Translations under genes and position numbers: made by a program
Notes under the pieces: generated by a model
The model's database searches: none
Told to the model about the DNA's origin: nothing
The model's input: only the letters and a program-made list of their open reading frames with translations
In this document: piece by piece, positions 1-11,883 of the stretch
Layout of the letters: each line of letters begins with the position of its first letter
Numbering within the stretch: the first letter of the stretch is position 1
Assembly (NCBI GenBank): GCA_963695275.1
Contig: OY968772.1
Coordinates: 1,627,267 to 1,691,266 of the forward strand
Source of the DNA: an uncultured Solirubrobacterales bacterium
GTDB taxonomy: Bacteria > Actinomycetota > Thermoleophilia > Solirubrobacterales > 70-9
Reading direction: 5' to 3'
Length of the DNA: 64,000 bases

Positions 1-434
1 GCCGCTTCGCACTGTTCGACGATCCGCTCCACCTCGCCCTCCGCCATGACCACCCCCTGGCCAAGCGCAAGCGGGTGCGACTCGACGACCTGCGCGAGGA
101 GGCCTGGGTTCAGACCTCGGCCGCCAGCCCCTGCGCCAAGCAGGTGATCCGCTCCTGTCATGCGGCCGGATTCGAGCCGAGCGTCTCCTTCGAGAGCGAC
201 GACTACCAGACGGTGCAGGGACTGGTCGCCGCCGGCGTCGGGGTGGCACTGATCCCTCAGCTCGCCCTCTCCGCCGTTCGCGACGACATCGTCGTGCGGG
301 CGCTGGACCCGGCGAGCCCACTGCGGAAAGTCTTCGCTGCGACGCCGCGGGGCGCCGCCGTGACCCCGGCGGTGGCGACGATGCTCGACGTGCTGCGGGA
401 GGCTTCCCGCAGCACGTCGAGTCCGCCGCTTTGA
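1..434 (+). CDS. LysR-family transcriptional regulator, C-terminal effector-binding part (5' end outside window)
   Basis: Frame 3 is open from the window edge. '..DHPLAKRKRVRLDDLREEAWV...GVGVALIPQLAL..' is the usual LysR substrate-domain pattern. The listed ORF 75..434 starts at an internal Met. Confidence 0.75.
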   Translation, partial: RFALFDDPLHLALRHDHPLAKRKRVRLDDLREEAWVQTSAASPCAKQVIRSCHAAGFEPSVSFESDDYQTVQGLVAAGVGVALIPQLALSAVRDDIVVRALDPASPLRKVFAATPRGAAVTPAVATMLDVLREASRSTSSPPL

Positions 435-437
435 CCT

Positions 438-1802
438 CTAGGCGGTACCGCCAGCAGCGGGCGGAGCCGCCGGAGCCGCTGCCGCGGTCACGCCAGCGGG
501 GTACCCGAGCGACGGCACGTCGGACGGGTACACCTCGTGGCCGTGGACGGCGATGTCGCCGATCTCCATTTCCTCATCGGACATCCGCAGCGGGATGAAG
601 ATCCCGACCAGCTTGAGGAGGATGAACGTCCCGATTGCCGAGAAGGCGATCACCCACGCCGCCGTGTACGCCTGTACCCAGAGCAGGTGCAGGCCACCGC
701 CGGAGATCAGGCCTTCGTGTTCGCCCGCCATCAGCTTGTTGGCGAAGATGCCGACCAGGAGACCTCCGGCAACCCCGGCGAACCCGTGCGTGTAGACCAC
801 ACCGAGGGTGTCGTCGACGTTGCGGAAGGGCCGGACCCGACTGAGGTAGTTGAGCGCGAGGTAGACGAGGACCGAGGCAACCACCCCGATGATGATCGCG
901 CCCCAGCCGTTGACGAACCCGGCACCGGGGGTGATCGCGACGAGGCCGACGATCATGCCGTTGACGCTGCCGATCAAGCTCGGCTTGCGGCCGGTGATGT
1001 AGTCCATCCCGACCCAGACCAGGAAGGCGACGGCGGTGCAGATGTTGGTGTTGAGCAGCGACGCGGAGGCGACTTCTCCGGCGCTGTACCAGTCACCGCC
1101 GTTGAACCCGTTCCAGCCCATCCACAGCAGACCGGCTCCGATCGCGACCATCGCCAGGTTGTTCGGAGCGTCGACCTCGCGATCACGCTGCAGCCGCGGG
1201 CCGATCACCCACGCCGCGATGAAGCCGGAGGCGCCGGCGGCGAGGTGGATGACGTAGCCACCCGAGTAGTCGATCGCGCCCTGCTGGGCGAAGAAGCCCC
1301 CGCCCCAGATCATGAAGGCGTTGATCGTGTAGATCAGCAGCGTCCACAGCGCGACGAATGGGATCCACGCCTTGAAGTTGAACCGCCCGAGCACTGATCC
1401 CAGCATCAGCAGCGGAGTAATTGCCGCGAAGACGATCTGGAAATAGGCCAGCGTCGACATCGGGAAGAGGAATTCTTCTTCCGGCAGATCCCCGATGTGC
1501 GCCTGTTCAAGCAGGCTGTGACTGTTGAGGATCGAGCCTGGCTTTCCCCACATGTTTCCGAAGAAGCCGCTGGTCGCGCCGAAGATGTGCATCGGATCGC
1601 CGAACGCCATCTTGAAGCCGACCAGCACCCAGAGAATGAGCACGATCGCGAAGGCGACGAACGCCATCATCATCGAGTTCACAGACCAGCGCTTCTGCAT
1701 CACGCCGCCGTAGAGAACGACCAACCCCGGGATGCTCATCAGCCCCACCAGGGTGGCGGCCGTCATCTGCCATGAATTGGCCCCTTCGCTCAGATATTCC
1801 AT
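438..1802 (-). CDS. amtB: Ammonium transporter (Amt/MEP/Rh family)
   Basis: About 11 TM segments. Hallmark blocks are 'DYSGGYVIHLAAGASGFIAAWVIGPR', 'GWNGFNGG' and 'THGFAGVAGGLLVGIFA' (twin-His pore). Confidence 0.95.
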   Translation of the reverse strand: MEYLSEGANSWQMTAATLVGLMSIPGLVVLYGGVMQKRWSVNSMMMAFVAFAIVLILWVLVGFKMAFGDPMHIFGATSGFFGNMWGKPGSILNSHSLLEQAHIGDLPEEEFLFPMSTLAYFQIVFAAITPLLMLGSVLGRFNFKAWIPFVALWTLLIYTINAFMIWGGGFFAQQGAIDYSGGYVIHLAAGASGFIAAWVIGPRLQRDREVDAPNNLAMVAIGAGLLWMGWNGFNGGDWYSAGEVASASLLNTNICTAVAFLVWVGMDYITGRKPSLIGSVNGMIVGLVAITPGAGFVNGWGAIIIGVVASVLVYLALNYLSRVRPFRNVDDTLGVVYTHGFAGVAGGLLVGIFANKLMAGEHEGLISGGGLHLLWVQAYTAAWVIAFSAIGTFILLKLVGIFIPLRMSDEEMEIGDIAVHGHEVYPSDVPSLGYPAGVTAAAAPAAPPAAGGTA

Positions 1803-2024
1803 TGAACTGGCGCTTCCTTTCTTTCAGTCAATCGATCGTGCGCTAACACCGGTTCACTTGACGAGACGGCTCCCCAGCCGGTCACACGGAGCCCATATTT
1901 GGACTGGCGTAACCCTTTCGCCGCGGACGTCAAGCCGATAGGTACAACTGTCCAAAGATCCACGGCCGAGTTTCTCCCGAATGGCGCAATTCGAGGCCGC
2001 ATGGAGGGATAAAGTGGCCGGGCA

Positions 2025-2342
2025 ATGCCACTGGAAGGCCATTACGAGCGGCAGATGACCCCCCTGTACAAGCTCACCCCACGCGAGTTGAAGGCGGCTT
2101 TCGGGGTTCTTGCCGTGACTCTCGCCGCGCTTGCCGTGGTGATCCTGATGACGGTCGGCGACAGCCCGGCACCGGTCGCCGAGGGCTGCATCAAGACCGA
2201 AGTCGCGGGCATCGTCGGTGCCGAAACGATCCACGCCTGCGGTCAGGAAGCGGTCGAGACCTGCACCCACGCGGCGGAATTCACCGGCGCCCGGGCAGAG
2301 ACCATCGTCTCCGATTGCACGGCCCGCGGCATCGAGTTCTGA
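2025..2342 (+). CDS. Hypothetical small membrane-anchored protein with 4 Cys
   Basis: ORF with one TM segment ('AAFGVLAVTLAALAVVILM') and a Cys-containing ectodomain. No family recognised. Confidence 0.4.
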   Translation: MPLEGHYERQMTPLYKLTPRELKAAFGVLAVTLAALAVVILMTVGDSPAPVAEGCIKTEVAGIVGAETIHACGQEAVETCTHAAEFTGARAETIVSDCTARGIEF

Positions 2343-2368
2343 GCCGCGTCGCTCTGAGTGCCGGCGGG

Positions 2369-3133
2369 CTAGCCGAGCGCCGCGAGGATCGCTTCGAGCT
2401 CCGCAACCACGTCGCCACCCAGCTTCAGCTCGGCGTCAGTGTCGTAGGGGGTCTCGCCGACGGTGACGATCGCCAGGCGGCCGCCGCGCTCGAGGGTCAG
2501 CTGCGGCAGCCCGGCCACCGGGTAGACCGCAAGCGAGGAACCGACGCAGATCATCAACTCGGCCCGCTCGGCGAGATCGCGGGCGCTGGCCATGGCGCTT
2601 TCGGAAAGCATCTCGCCGAAGAGGACCACGTCCGGTTTGACGGCGCCGCCGCAGCTGGAGCAGATCGCGACGCCGGCAACGTCGAAGAGCGCGTCGACCT
2701 CGTCGAGTCCGAAGGCCGTGGCGCAGCGAGTGCAGGAGGAGGTCTCGATCGAGCCGTGCACCTCGATCACGTCTTCCGAGCCGGCGGCGCGGTGCAGGCA
2801 GTCGATGTTCTGGGTGATCACGGCCTCGATCAGGCCGCGGCGCTCGAGCTCGGCCAGCGCCTCGTGGGCAGCGTTGGGGCGTTTGTCGCCGAGCGACTGG
2901 AAGCGCGGCCGGTAATAGGACCAGAAGCGCGCCGGGTCGCGTTCGAAGACGTCGATGTGGGCGACCTCCATCGGGTCGACGTTCGCCCACAACCCGGTCT
3001 CCGGCGTCCGAAAGTCCGGAATCCCGGACGGCACCGAAACCCCGGCCCCTGTCAGCACCACCGTGCACCCCGACCCGCGAATCAACTCCGCAAGTCGCAA
3101 AATCTCGGCCGACGGGCCGATTTCGGGAGCCAT
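2369..3133 (-). CDS. cobB: NAD-dependent protein deacylase, Sir2 family
   Basis: Contains 'GAGVSVPSGIPDFR', 'QNIDCLH' and the Zn ribbon CTRC..CSSC. Start trimmed to ATG 3133 so it does not overlap the upstream gene's end. Confidence 0.9.
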   Translation of the reverse strand: MAPEIGPSAEILRLAELIRGSGCTVVLTGAGVSVPSGIPDFRTPETGLWANVDPMEVAHIDVFERDPARFWSYYRPRFQSLGDKRPNAAHEALAELERRGLIEAVITQNIDCLHRAAGSEDVIEVHGSIETSSCTRCATAFGLDEVDALFDVAGVAICSSCGGAVKPDVVLFGEMLSESAMASARDLAERAELMICVGSSLAVYPVAGLPQLTLERGGRLAIVTVGETPYDTDAELKLGGDVVAELEAILAALG

Positions 3134-3165
3134 CGCCCCGCTATCGGCCCGTCGGCGGGCTGTTG

Positions 3166-5166
3166 CTAACTGCCGCTCCATTTCGGGGTGCGCTTGCCGA
3201 GGAAGGCGCCGATGCCCTCTTTGGCGTCATCGCTGGCAAAGGCGGCGGCGAAGCCCTGCTTCTCGGCCTCGATGCCCTCGTCCAAGTCGCCTTTGGCGGA
3301 GACCGACTTGATCAGCCCGACCGCTACCGGCGCCTGCGAGGCCAGCTTGCGACCCCACATCAGCGCCGTCTCGAACAGCTCGTGATCGGGGACGACCCGG
3401 TTGACGAGGCCCAGTTCCAGCGCCTCCTCGGCGAGGACGGCGTCGCCGACCAGGTTCATCTCCAGCGCTTTGTTGGACCCGACCAGGCGCGCCAGTCGCT
3501 GGGTGCCGCCGAAGCCGGGGATGATCCCCAGCTTGATCTCGGGCTGGCCGAAGACGGCCGCCTCGGCGGCGATCCGCACGTCGCAGGCCATCGCCACCTC
3601 GCAGCCGCCGCCGAAGGCGATCGAGTTGACGGCGGCGATCGTCGCCACCCGCTCGGTCCCGAACTCACGCAGCAGCGCGTGCGCCTCGTGGATCAGCTTC
3701 TCGCCGGTGGCCTCGTCCATCTGGGTGAAGGCCTTGATGTCGGCGCCGGCCGAGAAGACGACCGGGACCGCGGAGGCGATCACCATCGCGCCAACCCTGT
3801 CGGCGGCCTTGACCTTCTCCCAGACCGTGCCGAGGTCGCGGATCACGTCGGGTGAGACGGCGTTCATCGGCAGGTTGGCGAGCCAGGCGATCGCGACGCC
3901 GTCGCGGGTCTCCAGCTTCACCGTCTCCGCCTGCTCGCCCTCGTCGGGCTGCGGGTAGGGGTAGAAGCCCTGGCCGGAGGCGAGGCCGAGGCGACCCTGG
4001 GCGACCAGGCGCTTGAGGGTGACCGGCGGCGCGAAGCGCTCCCCGTGCTTCTCCTGCAGCTGCTCGAGCTGCTCCAGCACCTTGCCGAGGCCTTCGACGT
4101 CGGCTTTCCAGAACGGCGGCAGCAGGCCCCGGCGCGGGTCGAGCCCGGCGCCGGCCATCATCCCGAGGTCGATGTCGCGGACCGAGCAGATCCCTTCCTC
4201 GAGCAGCAGGCAGGACTCGATCAGGGCGCGGCCGGTGAACATCGCCACCAGCTCCTCGGCGTCCGGGGCGGCGTCGCCCGGGATCGTCTGCTGCCCGTCC
4301 TTGAAGAAGCCCTCGCCGCCGCTCTTGGCGCCGAGCTTGCCGTCAGCCACCAGCTGCTTCAGGCCCTGGTGGACGTAGAAGGTCTCGCCGTAGGACTCGT
4401 TGAGGTGCTCGGCGACGTGGAGGACGGTGTCGAGGCCGAGCAGGTCGGTGAGGAAGAACGGTCCCATCGGCGCCACTTTCGCCTCGGCGATCGCCTGGTC
4501 GATCTGCGCCAACGAGAGCCCGTGCTCCTCCTGGGCGCGCCAGATCTCGCCGATCGTCGCCATCAGGATTTTGTTGACGACGAAGCCGGGGACCTCACCG
4601 CAGACGATCGGCTGCTTCTTGATCGCCTGGGCGAAGTTGTAGGCGGCGGTGGCGGTCTCCTGCGAGGTGTACTCGCCGACGATCACCTCGACCAGCGGCA
4701 TCACCGAGGCCGGGTAGAAGAAGTGGAAGCCGACGACCTTGTCGGAGCGCAGGGTCGATTCGCCGATCTCGGTAATCGAGAGCGAGGAGGTGTTGGAGGA
4801 GAGGATCGCGTGACCGGGGGTGGCGGCGTCGATCTCGGCGAAGACCGCCTGCTTGATCGCCATCTTCTCCGGCACGGCCTCGATCACGAAGTCGACGTCG
4901 CCGAACTCGTCGTAGCTGGTGGTGCCGGTGACCAGGCCCATCACCTCGGCCAGACGGGCGTCGGCCTGCTCCTGGGTCAGCTTCTCCTTCTTGACCAAGC
5001 GGGAGAGCTGGCCCTCGGTGACCGCGCGGGCCTTCTCGACGGCGGCATCGACGAACTTCTGGTCGATGTCCTTGACGACGACGGGGATATCGGCGGCGGC
5101 GATCGCCTGGGCGATCTCGCCGCCCATGGTGCCGCCGCCGACGACGGCGGCCTTGGAAACGAACAT
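3166..5166 (-). CDS. Bifunctional 3-hydroxyacyl-CoA dehydrogenase (N-term) / enoyl-CoA hydratase (C-term)
   Basis: N-terminal Rossmann 'VVGGGTMGGEIAQ' plus an HCDH C-domain. The C-terminal crotonase fold shows 'VFSAGADIKAF' and 'AFGGGCEVAMACD'. Confidence 0.9.
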   Translation of the reverse strand: MFVSKAAVVGGGTMGGEIAQAIAAADIPVVVKDIDQKFVDAAVEKARAVTEGQLSRLVKKEKLTQEQADARLAEVMGLVTGTTSYDEFGDVDFVIEAVPEKMAIKQAVFAEIDAATPGHAILSSNTSSLSITEIGESTLRSDKVVGFHFFYPASVMPLVEVIVGEYTSQETATAAYNFAQAIKKQPIVCGEVPGFVVNKILMATIGEIWRAQEEHGLSLAQIDQAIAEAKVAPMGPFFLTDLLGLDTVLHVAEHLNESYGETFYVHQGLKQLVADGKLGAKSGGEGFFKDGQQTIPGDAAPDAEELVAMFTGRALIESCLLLEEGICSVRDIDLGMMAGAGLDPRRGLLPPFWKADVEGLGKVLEQLEQLQEKHGERFAPPVTLKRLVAQGRLGLASGQGFYPYPQPDEGEQAETVKLETRDGVAIAWLANLPMNAVSPDVIRDLGTVWEKVKAADRVGAMVIASAVPVVFSAGADIKAFTQMDEATGEKLIHEAHALLREFGTERVATIAAVNSIAFGGGCEVAMACDVRIAAEAAVFGQPEIKLGIIPGFGGTQRLARLVGSNKALEMNLVGDAVLAEEALELGLVNRVVPDHELFETALMWGRKLASQAPVAVGLIKSVSAKGDLDEGIEAEKQGFAAAFASDDAKEGIGAFLGKRTPKWSGS

Positions 5167-5224
5167 TCGGGTGAGTCCTCCGATTTTGGCTTGACGGAGC
5201 GGCGCGGGCCGCTGGAACCGCAGG

Positions 5225-6919
5225 CTATACGGATGCCTGCGGCTCCCGCCCCTCGGCCTCTTCGCCCTCCTCCGGCTTGAAGCGCTGATAGGCGAAGGCG
5301 CCGATCAAGAGCAGCAGACCGAGGGCGACGAACGACAGCGCTCGCGGCAGCTCTTCGAGCTCGGCGAGGTCGTAGGTCCAGACCTTGCCGATCACCAGCG
5401 CCAGCAGGGCCAGGCCGCCCAGACGGACGTTCACGGACCGCCGCACCATGCCGACGATCACCGCGCCGAGGCCGGCGGCGGCCCAGAAGGCCGAGAGCCA
5501 GGACTGGCCGATCTCGCGAGCTTCGCCCCCCTCGTCGGTGCCGATCGCGTCGATGATCAGGACCGAGCCCAGGTAGACGAACCCGGTGGCGCCGACGAAG
5601 CCGGCCACGGTCGCGACGCGGCGATCGACACCGCGGCCGAAGTGCCAGCAGGCGAGAGCGGCGACGGCACAGGAGGCGATCGCCACCAGCGAGCTGCCGA
5701 GGTCGTCAACCCCTTCGGCGATCGCGGCCGGCGGCGCCTCGATGACGAGGACATGGGCGATCGCGAGGCCGAGGAAGCCGCAGGCCGCCAGCAGCAGGCG
5801 CCTCGCGTCGGAGAGCGCCGGTGCCGGCGACGCGTCGACCCGGGTCGAGAGATAGGCGAGCGCGGCGGCCGCGGCCGCCCAGGTGGCGACGACCGTGGGG
5901 CCGTCGAAAGCGCTGGCGACCCCGAACGCCGCCAAGCCGATCCCGCCGCCGGTCAGGAGCGAGCCGATTTCGCGGTGGACGCCGAAGCGGATCGCCGCGG
6001 CGCCGAGCAGGAGATGGGCGGCGGCGAAGCCGAAGATCCAGGCGTCCAGGGCGAGCGCCGAGCCGCCGCCGATCACGACGGCGCCGGCGCCGACGACAAA
6101 TACGCTGCCGCTGAGCAGCAGCAGCCAGGAGGAAACCGGCAGGCGCTCTTCGCCGCGGCTGCGCAGCTCGTAGCCGAAGGCGGCCGCCGCGTAAAGGACC
6201 CAGAACCCGACCAGGACCGCGAGGACGAGCGGAACGGGCTGGCTCGGATTGGGCTCCCCCTCGAGGGTGATGAACCCGCTCGAGCCGATCCAGGCAACGA
6301 GCTGGGGAGCGGAGATCGCGAAGGCGCCCAGCGCGAGCCAGTCCCAGCGCTGCCAGAGGAGGACGCCGACGCCGGCGGCGAGGGCAATGGCGACGAAGGC
6401 GATCGACCCGCCCTCGCTGGCGGTGCCGACGAAGATCGGCGCGGCCAGGGCGCCCAGGATCCCGACGCTGCCGACGAGCATCGAGGACCAGCGCACGGCG
6501 ATGGCCACCCCGATGACGCCGATCAGCGCCGCGGCCTCGAGACCGAGGACCGGCGAGATCAAGTCGTAGGTCTGGGTGGCGACCACCGTCGTCGCGTAGA
6601 GGCCCGGAATCCCGACGGCCACCAGCAGCCGGCCGAGCTCTATGTGTCCCTTCCGTTCATGCAGCCAGACGCCGGTGCCGAGCAGCAAGAGGGAGCCGAC
6701 CGCGGCGAGCAGGGCGCGCACCTCCTCCGTGAACCAGCTGCTGTCGACGGCGCTGCGCATCAGGAAGACGACGCCGAGCAGAGTCGCGAGGCCGCCGACC
6801 CAGGCCAGCACCCGACCGCCGAAGAGGCGCTCGAGCTCGATTCTCGACATCGGGTTGAAGGAGCCTGGCGGTGGCTCCTCCCCGTGTCCTGCCGGTTGAT
6901 CCAGTCTCTCGCTGTACAT
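5225..6919 (-). CDS. Polytopic membrane protein, DUF2339-like
   Basis: More than 12 predicted TM helices. The N-terminal 'LERLFGGRVLAWVGGLATLLGVVFL' resembles the DUF2339 family as I remember it. Confidence 0.7.
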   Translation of the reverse strand: MYSERLDQPAGHGEEPPPGSFNPMSRIELERLFGGRVLAWVGGLATLLGVVFLMRSAVDSSWFTEEVRALLAAVGSLLLLGTGVWLHERKGHIELGRLLVAVGIPGLYATTVVATQTYDLISPVLGLEAAALIGVIGVAIAVRWSSMLVGSVGILGALAAPIFVGTASEGGSIAFVAIALAAGVGVLLWQRWDWLALGAFAISAPQLVAWIGSSGFITLEGEPNPSQPVPLVLAVLVGFWVLYAAAAFGYELRSRGEERLPVSSWLLLLSGSVFVVGAGAVVIGGGSALALDAWIFGFAAAHLLLGAAAIRFGVHREIGSLLTGGGIGLAAFGVASAFDGPTVVATWAAAAAALAYLSTRVDASPAPALSDARRLLLAACGFLGLAIAHVLVIEAPPAAIAEGVDDLGSSLVAIASCAVAALACWHFGRGVDRRVATVAGFVGATGFVYLGSVLIIDAIGTDEGGEAREIGQSWLSAFWAAAGLGAVIVGMVRRSVNVRLGGLALLALVIGKVWTYDLAELEELPRALSFVALGLLLLIGAFAYQRFKPEEGEEAEGREPQASV

Positions 6920-7016
6920 CGGACTCCCCTTCCGTTCGCGTGCTTGTTGACCGTCGGTCGGTAACCGTAGCAGCAGCCTTATCGACCATTGGTCAGCAGC
7001 CGCTAGGATGTAGGCG

Positions 7017-7622
7017 ATGAACCAGCCCGCCTACACCCGCCTCGACGTCGACGAGCGGCGCCAGCAGCTGCTCGAACTGGGCGGCGAGCTGTTCACCAGC
7101 CATCCCTACGACGAGCTCTCGATGAGCCGGATCGCCACCGAGGCCGGCATCTCGAAATCCCTGCTCTACCACTACTTCCCGAGCAAGCGGGCCTTCTTCG
7201 AGGAGACGTTGAGCGCCTGGGCCGAGCAGCTGCGGGAACGGACCGAGCCGAACCCCGAACTGCCGCCGCTGGAGCAGCTCAAGGGCAGCCTCGAGGCCTT
7301 CCTCTCGCTGGTCGAGGAGAACGCCGGCGCCTACCGCAACCTGATGGACAGCGCCACCGGCGTCCCCGAGATCCGCGACCTGATCGACGAGGTGCGGCGC
7401 AAAACCGCGCAGCGGATCCTCGCCGAGCTCTACCTGAGCGACCCTCCGCCGAAGGCTCGGACCGCGGTCAACGGCTGGCTCTGGTTCATGGACGGAGCCT
7501 GCCTCAACTGGATCGAGCATCGGGACATCGAGCGGGGGGAGCTGAGGGACCTGCTGCTCGGCGTTCTGATGGGGGCGCTGCTGGCCGCCGACGCGCTGCC
7601 GGACGTCACTCAAGTCCCTTAG
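7017..7622 (+). CDS. TetR/AcrR-family transcriptional regulator
   Basis: N-terminal HTH 'YDELSMSRIATEAGISKSLLYHYFPSKRAFF'. Confidence 0.85.
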   Translation: MNQPAYTRLDVDERRQQLLELGGELFTSHPYDELSMSRIATEAGISKSLLYHYFPSKRAFFEETLSAWAEQLRERTEPNPELPPLEQLKGSLEAFLSLVEENAGAYRNLMDSATGVPEIRDLIDEVRRKTAQRILAELYLSDPPPKARTAVNGWLWFMDGACLNWIEHRDIERGELRDLLLGVLMGALLAADALPDVTQVP

Positions 7623-7646
7623 CCGGGCTGCCGATATCCGGAGTTC

Positions 7647-8171
7647 ATGCGCAGGGGCACCTCCATCCTTCTCGCGGGGGCGATCGTGGCCGTGCTCACG
7701 GCCGGGCTCTGCGCGAGCGCGCTCGGCAAGGTGCCGATCGCGACCCTGACGCCGGGCGGTCGGGCGATCGCTCCCCCCTCCGCCCCGCCCGCGGTCAAGG
7801 CGATGATCGAAGCGGCCAACCGGATCCACCACCGCCCCTACGTCTGGGGCGGCGGCCACCGGCACTGGAACTCGCGCGGCTACGACTGCTCCGGCTCGGT
7901 CAGCTACGTGATGCACGCCGCCGGGCTGCTCGAGTCCCCTCTGGACTCGACCGGGTTCATGCGCTGGGGCGGCGGTGGAGGCGGCAGCTGGGTGCGGATC
8001 TACGCCAACCACGAGCACGTCTTCGCCGTCATCGCCGGCCTGCGCTGGGACACCTCCTACAGCGAAGACGGCGACCGCAGTGGTCCCGGCTGGAGCGAAG
8101 AGATGCGGCCGGCCGACGGCTTCCGCCTGCGCCACCCGCTCGGGCTCGAACGTGTGGTTCCGCTCTCCTGA
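7647..8171 (+). CDS. Secreted NlpC/P60 (C40)-like peptidase
   Basis: Signal/TM at the N-terminus. 'YVWGGGH..GYDCSGSVSYV' gives the catalytic Cys context, followed by the 'NHEHVF' His. Confidence 0.65.
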   Translation: MRRGTSILLAGAIVAVLTAGLCASALGKVPIATLTPGGRAIAPPSAPPAVKAMIEAANRIHHRPYVWGGGHRHWNSRGYDCSGSVSYVMHAAGLLESPLDSTGFMRWGGGGGGSWVRIYANHEHVFAVIAGLRWDTSYSEDGDRSGPGWSEEMRPADGFRLRHPLGLERVVPLS

Positions 8172-8346
8172 CGGGCGCGAGGCGGAGCCGACAGCAGGGA
8201 CAACCGGCGGCTGGCAACGCTGTACGCCGGTACAAAGGCGCCCCGAGCGCCCTCCGGTTAGGCTCTTTTGGCTCTTCATAAGGGAGTTAGACCGCTAATC
8301 GAACGCGCCCGCACCGGCGCGCGACAAGTGAGGGACAAGCCAAGCG

Positions 8347-10497
<2,151 letters not shown>

Positions 10498-10532
10498 CTG
10501 GCGAGGGGACGTTCCTAACGGGGCGTCCCCTT

Positions 10533-10658
10533 CTACTCGTCGTCTTCGTCGTTGTCGCGCACGGCGCGGTAGATGATGTAGCCGATCGCCGCCAAGCCGA
10601 GGATCGGGATCAGGCCGCCGAAGACGGCCGGCCAGGCCTCGGTGGCACTCGGGATCAA
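10533..10658 (-). CDS. Possible 41-aa single-TM micro-protein (not in ORF track)
   Basis: My own translation gives (TTG)IPSATEAWPAVFGGLIPILGLAAIGYIIYRAVRDNDEDDE*. The TTG overlaps the TGA of the upstream phosphoesterase gene (TTGA). Confidence 0.25.
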   Translation of the reverse strand: MIPSATEAWPAVFGGLIPILGLAAIGYIIYRAVRDNDEDDE

Positions 10659-11869
10659 GGTGCGGGCAGACCCGGGCCGCCGTTGAGCGGGTTGAGGTCG
10701 GCGAGCATCTCCAGCATTTGCGGCTGCGGCGCGTCGTTGTCGATCAGGATCGCCGTGCCCGGCCAGGCGTAACGCAGGTAGCGCGCATAGGCCTGGCGCG
10801 AGCCGAGGTCCGGCTCGTAGATCCAGGAGCCGGTGTTCCAGTAGCGGTTCTGGCCATCGCCGACGCAGCGCACGTCGGCCAGCGGCTGGTGGGTGTGGGC
10901 GAAGACGATCTGCTGCCCCTCCCCGCCCCAGTCGAGGTTGCGGACGACCTGGGCGAAGGCCTCGAGCGCGTGCTCGGAGGGGTCGCTGCGCGAGACCACG
11001 GTCGGCTCCGGGTAGATCGGCCGCGCGGCGGCCGGGCCGGTGAGTGGCTGCTCGCGCGCCTGGCGCGCGGCCTCGCCGCGGACGACGGCGTCGAAGTGAG
11101 CCTCACTGGGCAGCGACTCGGGGCCGCTCGTCTCCCCCTGGCCGCGGTCACGCAGTTTCGCCGCCAGCCGCTCGGCTCCCCGCACCGGAGCGCCGAGGGC
11201 CTGAGCGAAGCGGCCGGCCCGCTGCGCGGCGCGGAAGACGTTCTGCTGGGCGTGGGTGCCGTGCGGCATCTGGGCGGCGATGTAGAGCCACTCGGTCAGC
11301 AGCGTCGTCACCGACTCGTAGTCCTCGATGCAGCTCGGCTCCTCCGGCCCGCCGGCGGCGATCGCCCACAGGGTCCGGGTCAGCAGACGGTCGCCGCGCG
11401 AGCCGCTGAGGCGCGCGTGCGGGTCGAGGTAGTGGCCGTGGGTGCAGAGGACGTCGCCGCAGCGGTAGGTCGGGTAGGCGATCTCGATCTCGACCCCGGG
11501 CAGGCGGCGCTCGAGGAATTCGCGGAAGAAGCCGGGGCCGGTCGGCACGCTCGGCCGGTGGCCGCTGGCCAGCTTCGTCTCCAGCCGGTCCTCGTCGTCG
11601 CGGTGGACGAGGTGGTGGTCGTGGTTGCCGGCCAGGAAGACGAGCTTGCCGCCGACCATCTTCTCGGCGATCAGCCGCAGCAGCCCATCGGCGGCGTCGA
11701 CCGCGTCCTCGACGGCGCCGAAGAGGAAGTCGAAGAGGTCACCGAGGAAGATCAGCTCATCGATGTCGTCGAGCTGGGGCGCCAGCCGCTCGAGGAAGAC
11801 CTGCTCGGCCAGCAGGTCCCGGCCCGTCCAGGCGCCGAAGTGGGTGTCGGAGATGACCAGCGCACGCAT
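10655..11869 (-). CDS. Metallophosphoesterase (calcineurin-like)
   Basis: Motifs 'ISDTHFG', 'FLGDLFD', 'GNHDHH' and 'THGH'. Confidence 0.8.
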   Translation of the reverse strand: MRALVISDTHFGAWTGRDLLAEQVFLERLAPQLDDIDELIFLGDLFDFLFGAVEDAVDAADGLLRLIAEKMVGGKLVFLAGNHDHHLVHRDDEDRLETKLASGHRPSVPTGPGFFREFLERRLPGVEIEIAYPTYRCGDVLCTHGHYLDPHARLSGSRGDRLLTRTLWAIAAGGPEEPSCIEDYESVTTLLTEWLYIAAQMPHGTHAQQNVFRAAQRAGRFAQALGAPVRGAERLAAKLRDRGQGETSGPESLPSEAHFDAVVRGEAARQAREQPLTGPAAARPIYPEPTVVSRSDPSEHALEAFAQVVRNLDWGGEGQQIVFAHTHQPLADVRCVGDGQNRYWNTGSWIYEPDLGSRQAYARYLRYAWPGTAILIDNDAPQPQMLEMLADLNPLNGGPGLPAP

Positions 11870-11883
11870 CGAGTGGCGCGAGT

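Noticed and set aside
1803-2024. Possible GlnR boxes (gTnAc-n6-GaAAc) upstream of amtB, and likewise upstream of glnN (8172..8346)
   Set aside because: Only partial half-site matches (for example GTTCAC, GTAAC, CGAAC) are present, with the wrong spacing. They are not distinguishable from background by eye.
6984-6994. Small palindrome GACCA-t-TGGTC upstream of the TetR gene at 7017
   Set aside because: The arms are only 5 bp, so it is expected by chance. It is not reported as an operator.
6993-8279. 428-aa minus-strand ORF over the TetR and NlpC/P60 genes
   Set aside because: It is antisense to two genes with recognisable domains, and its translation is low-complexity.
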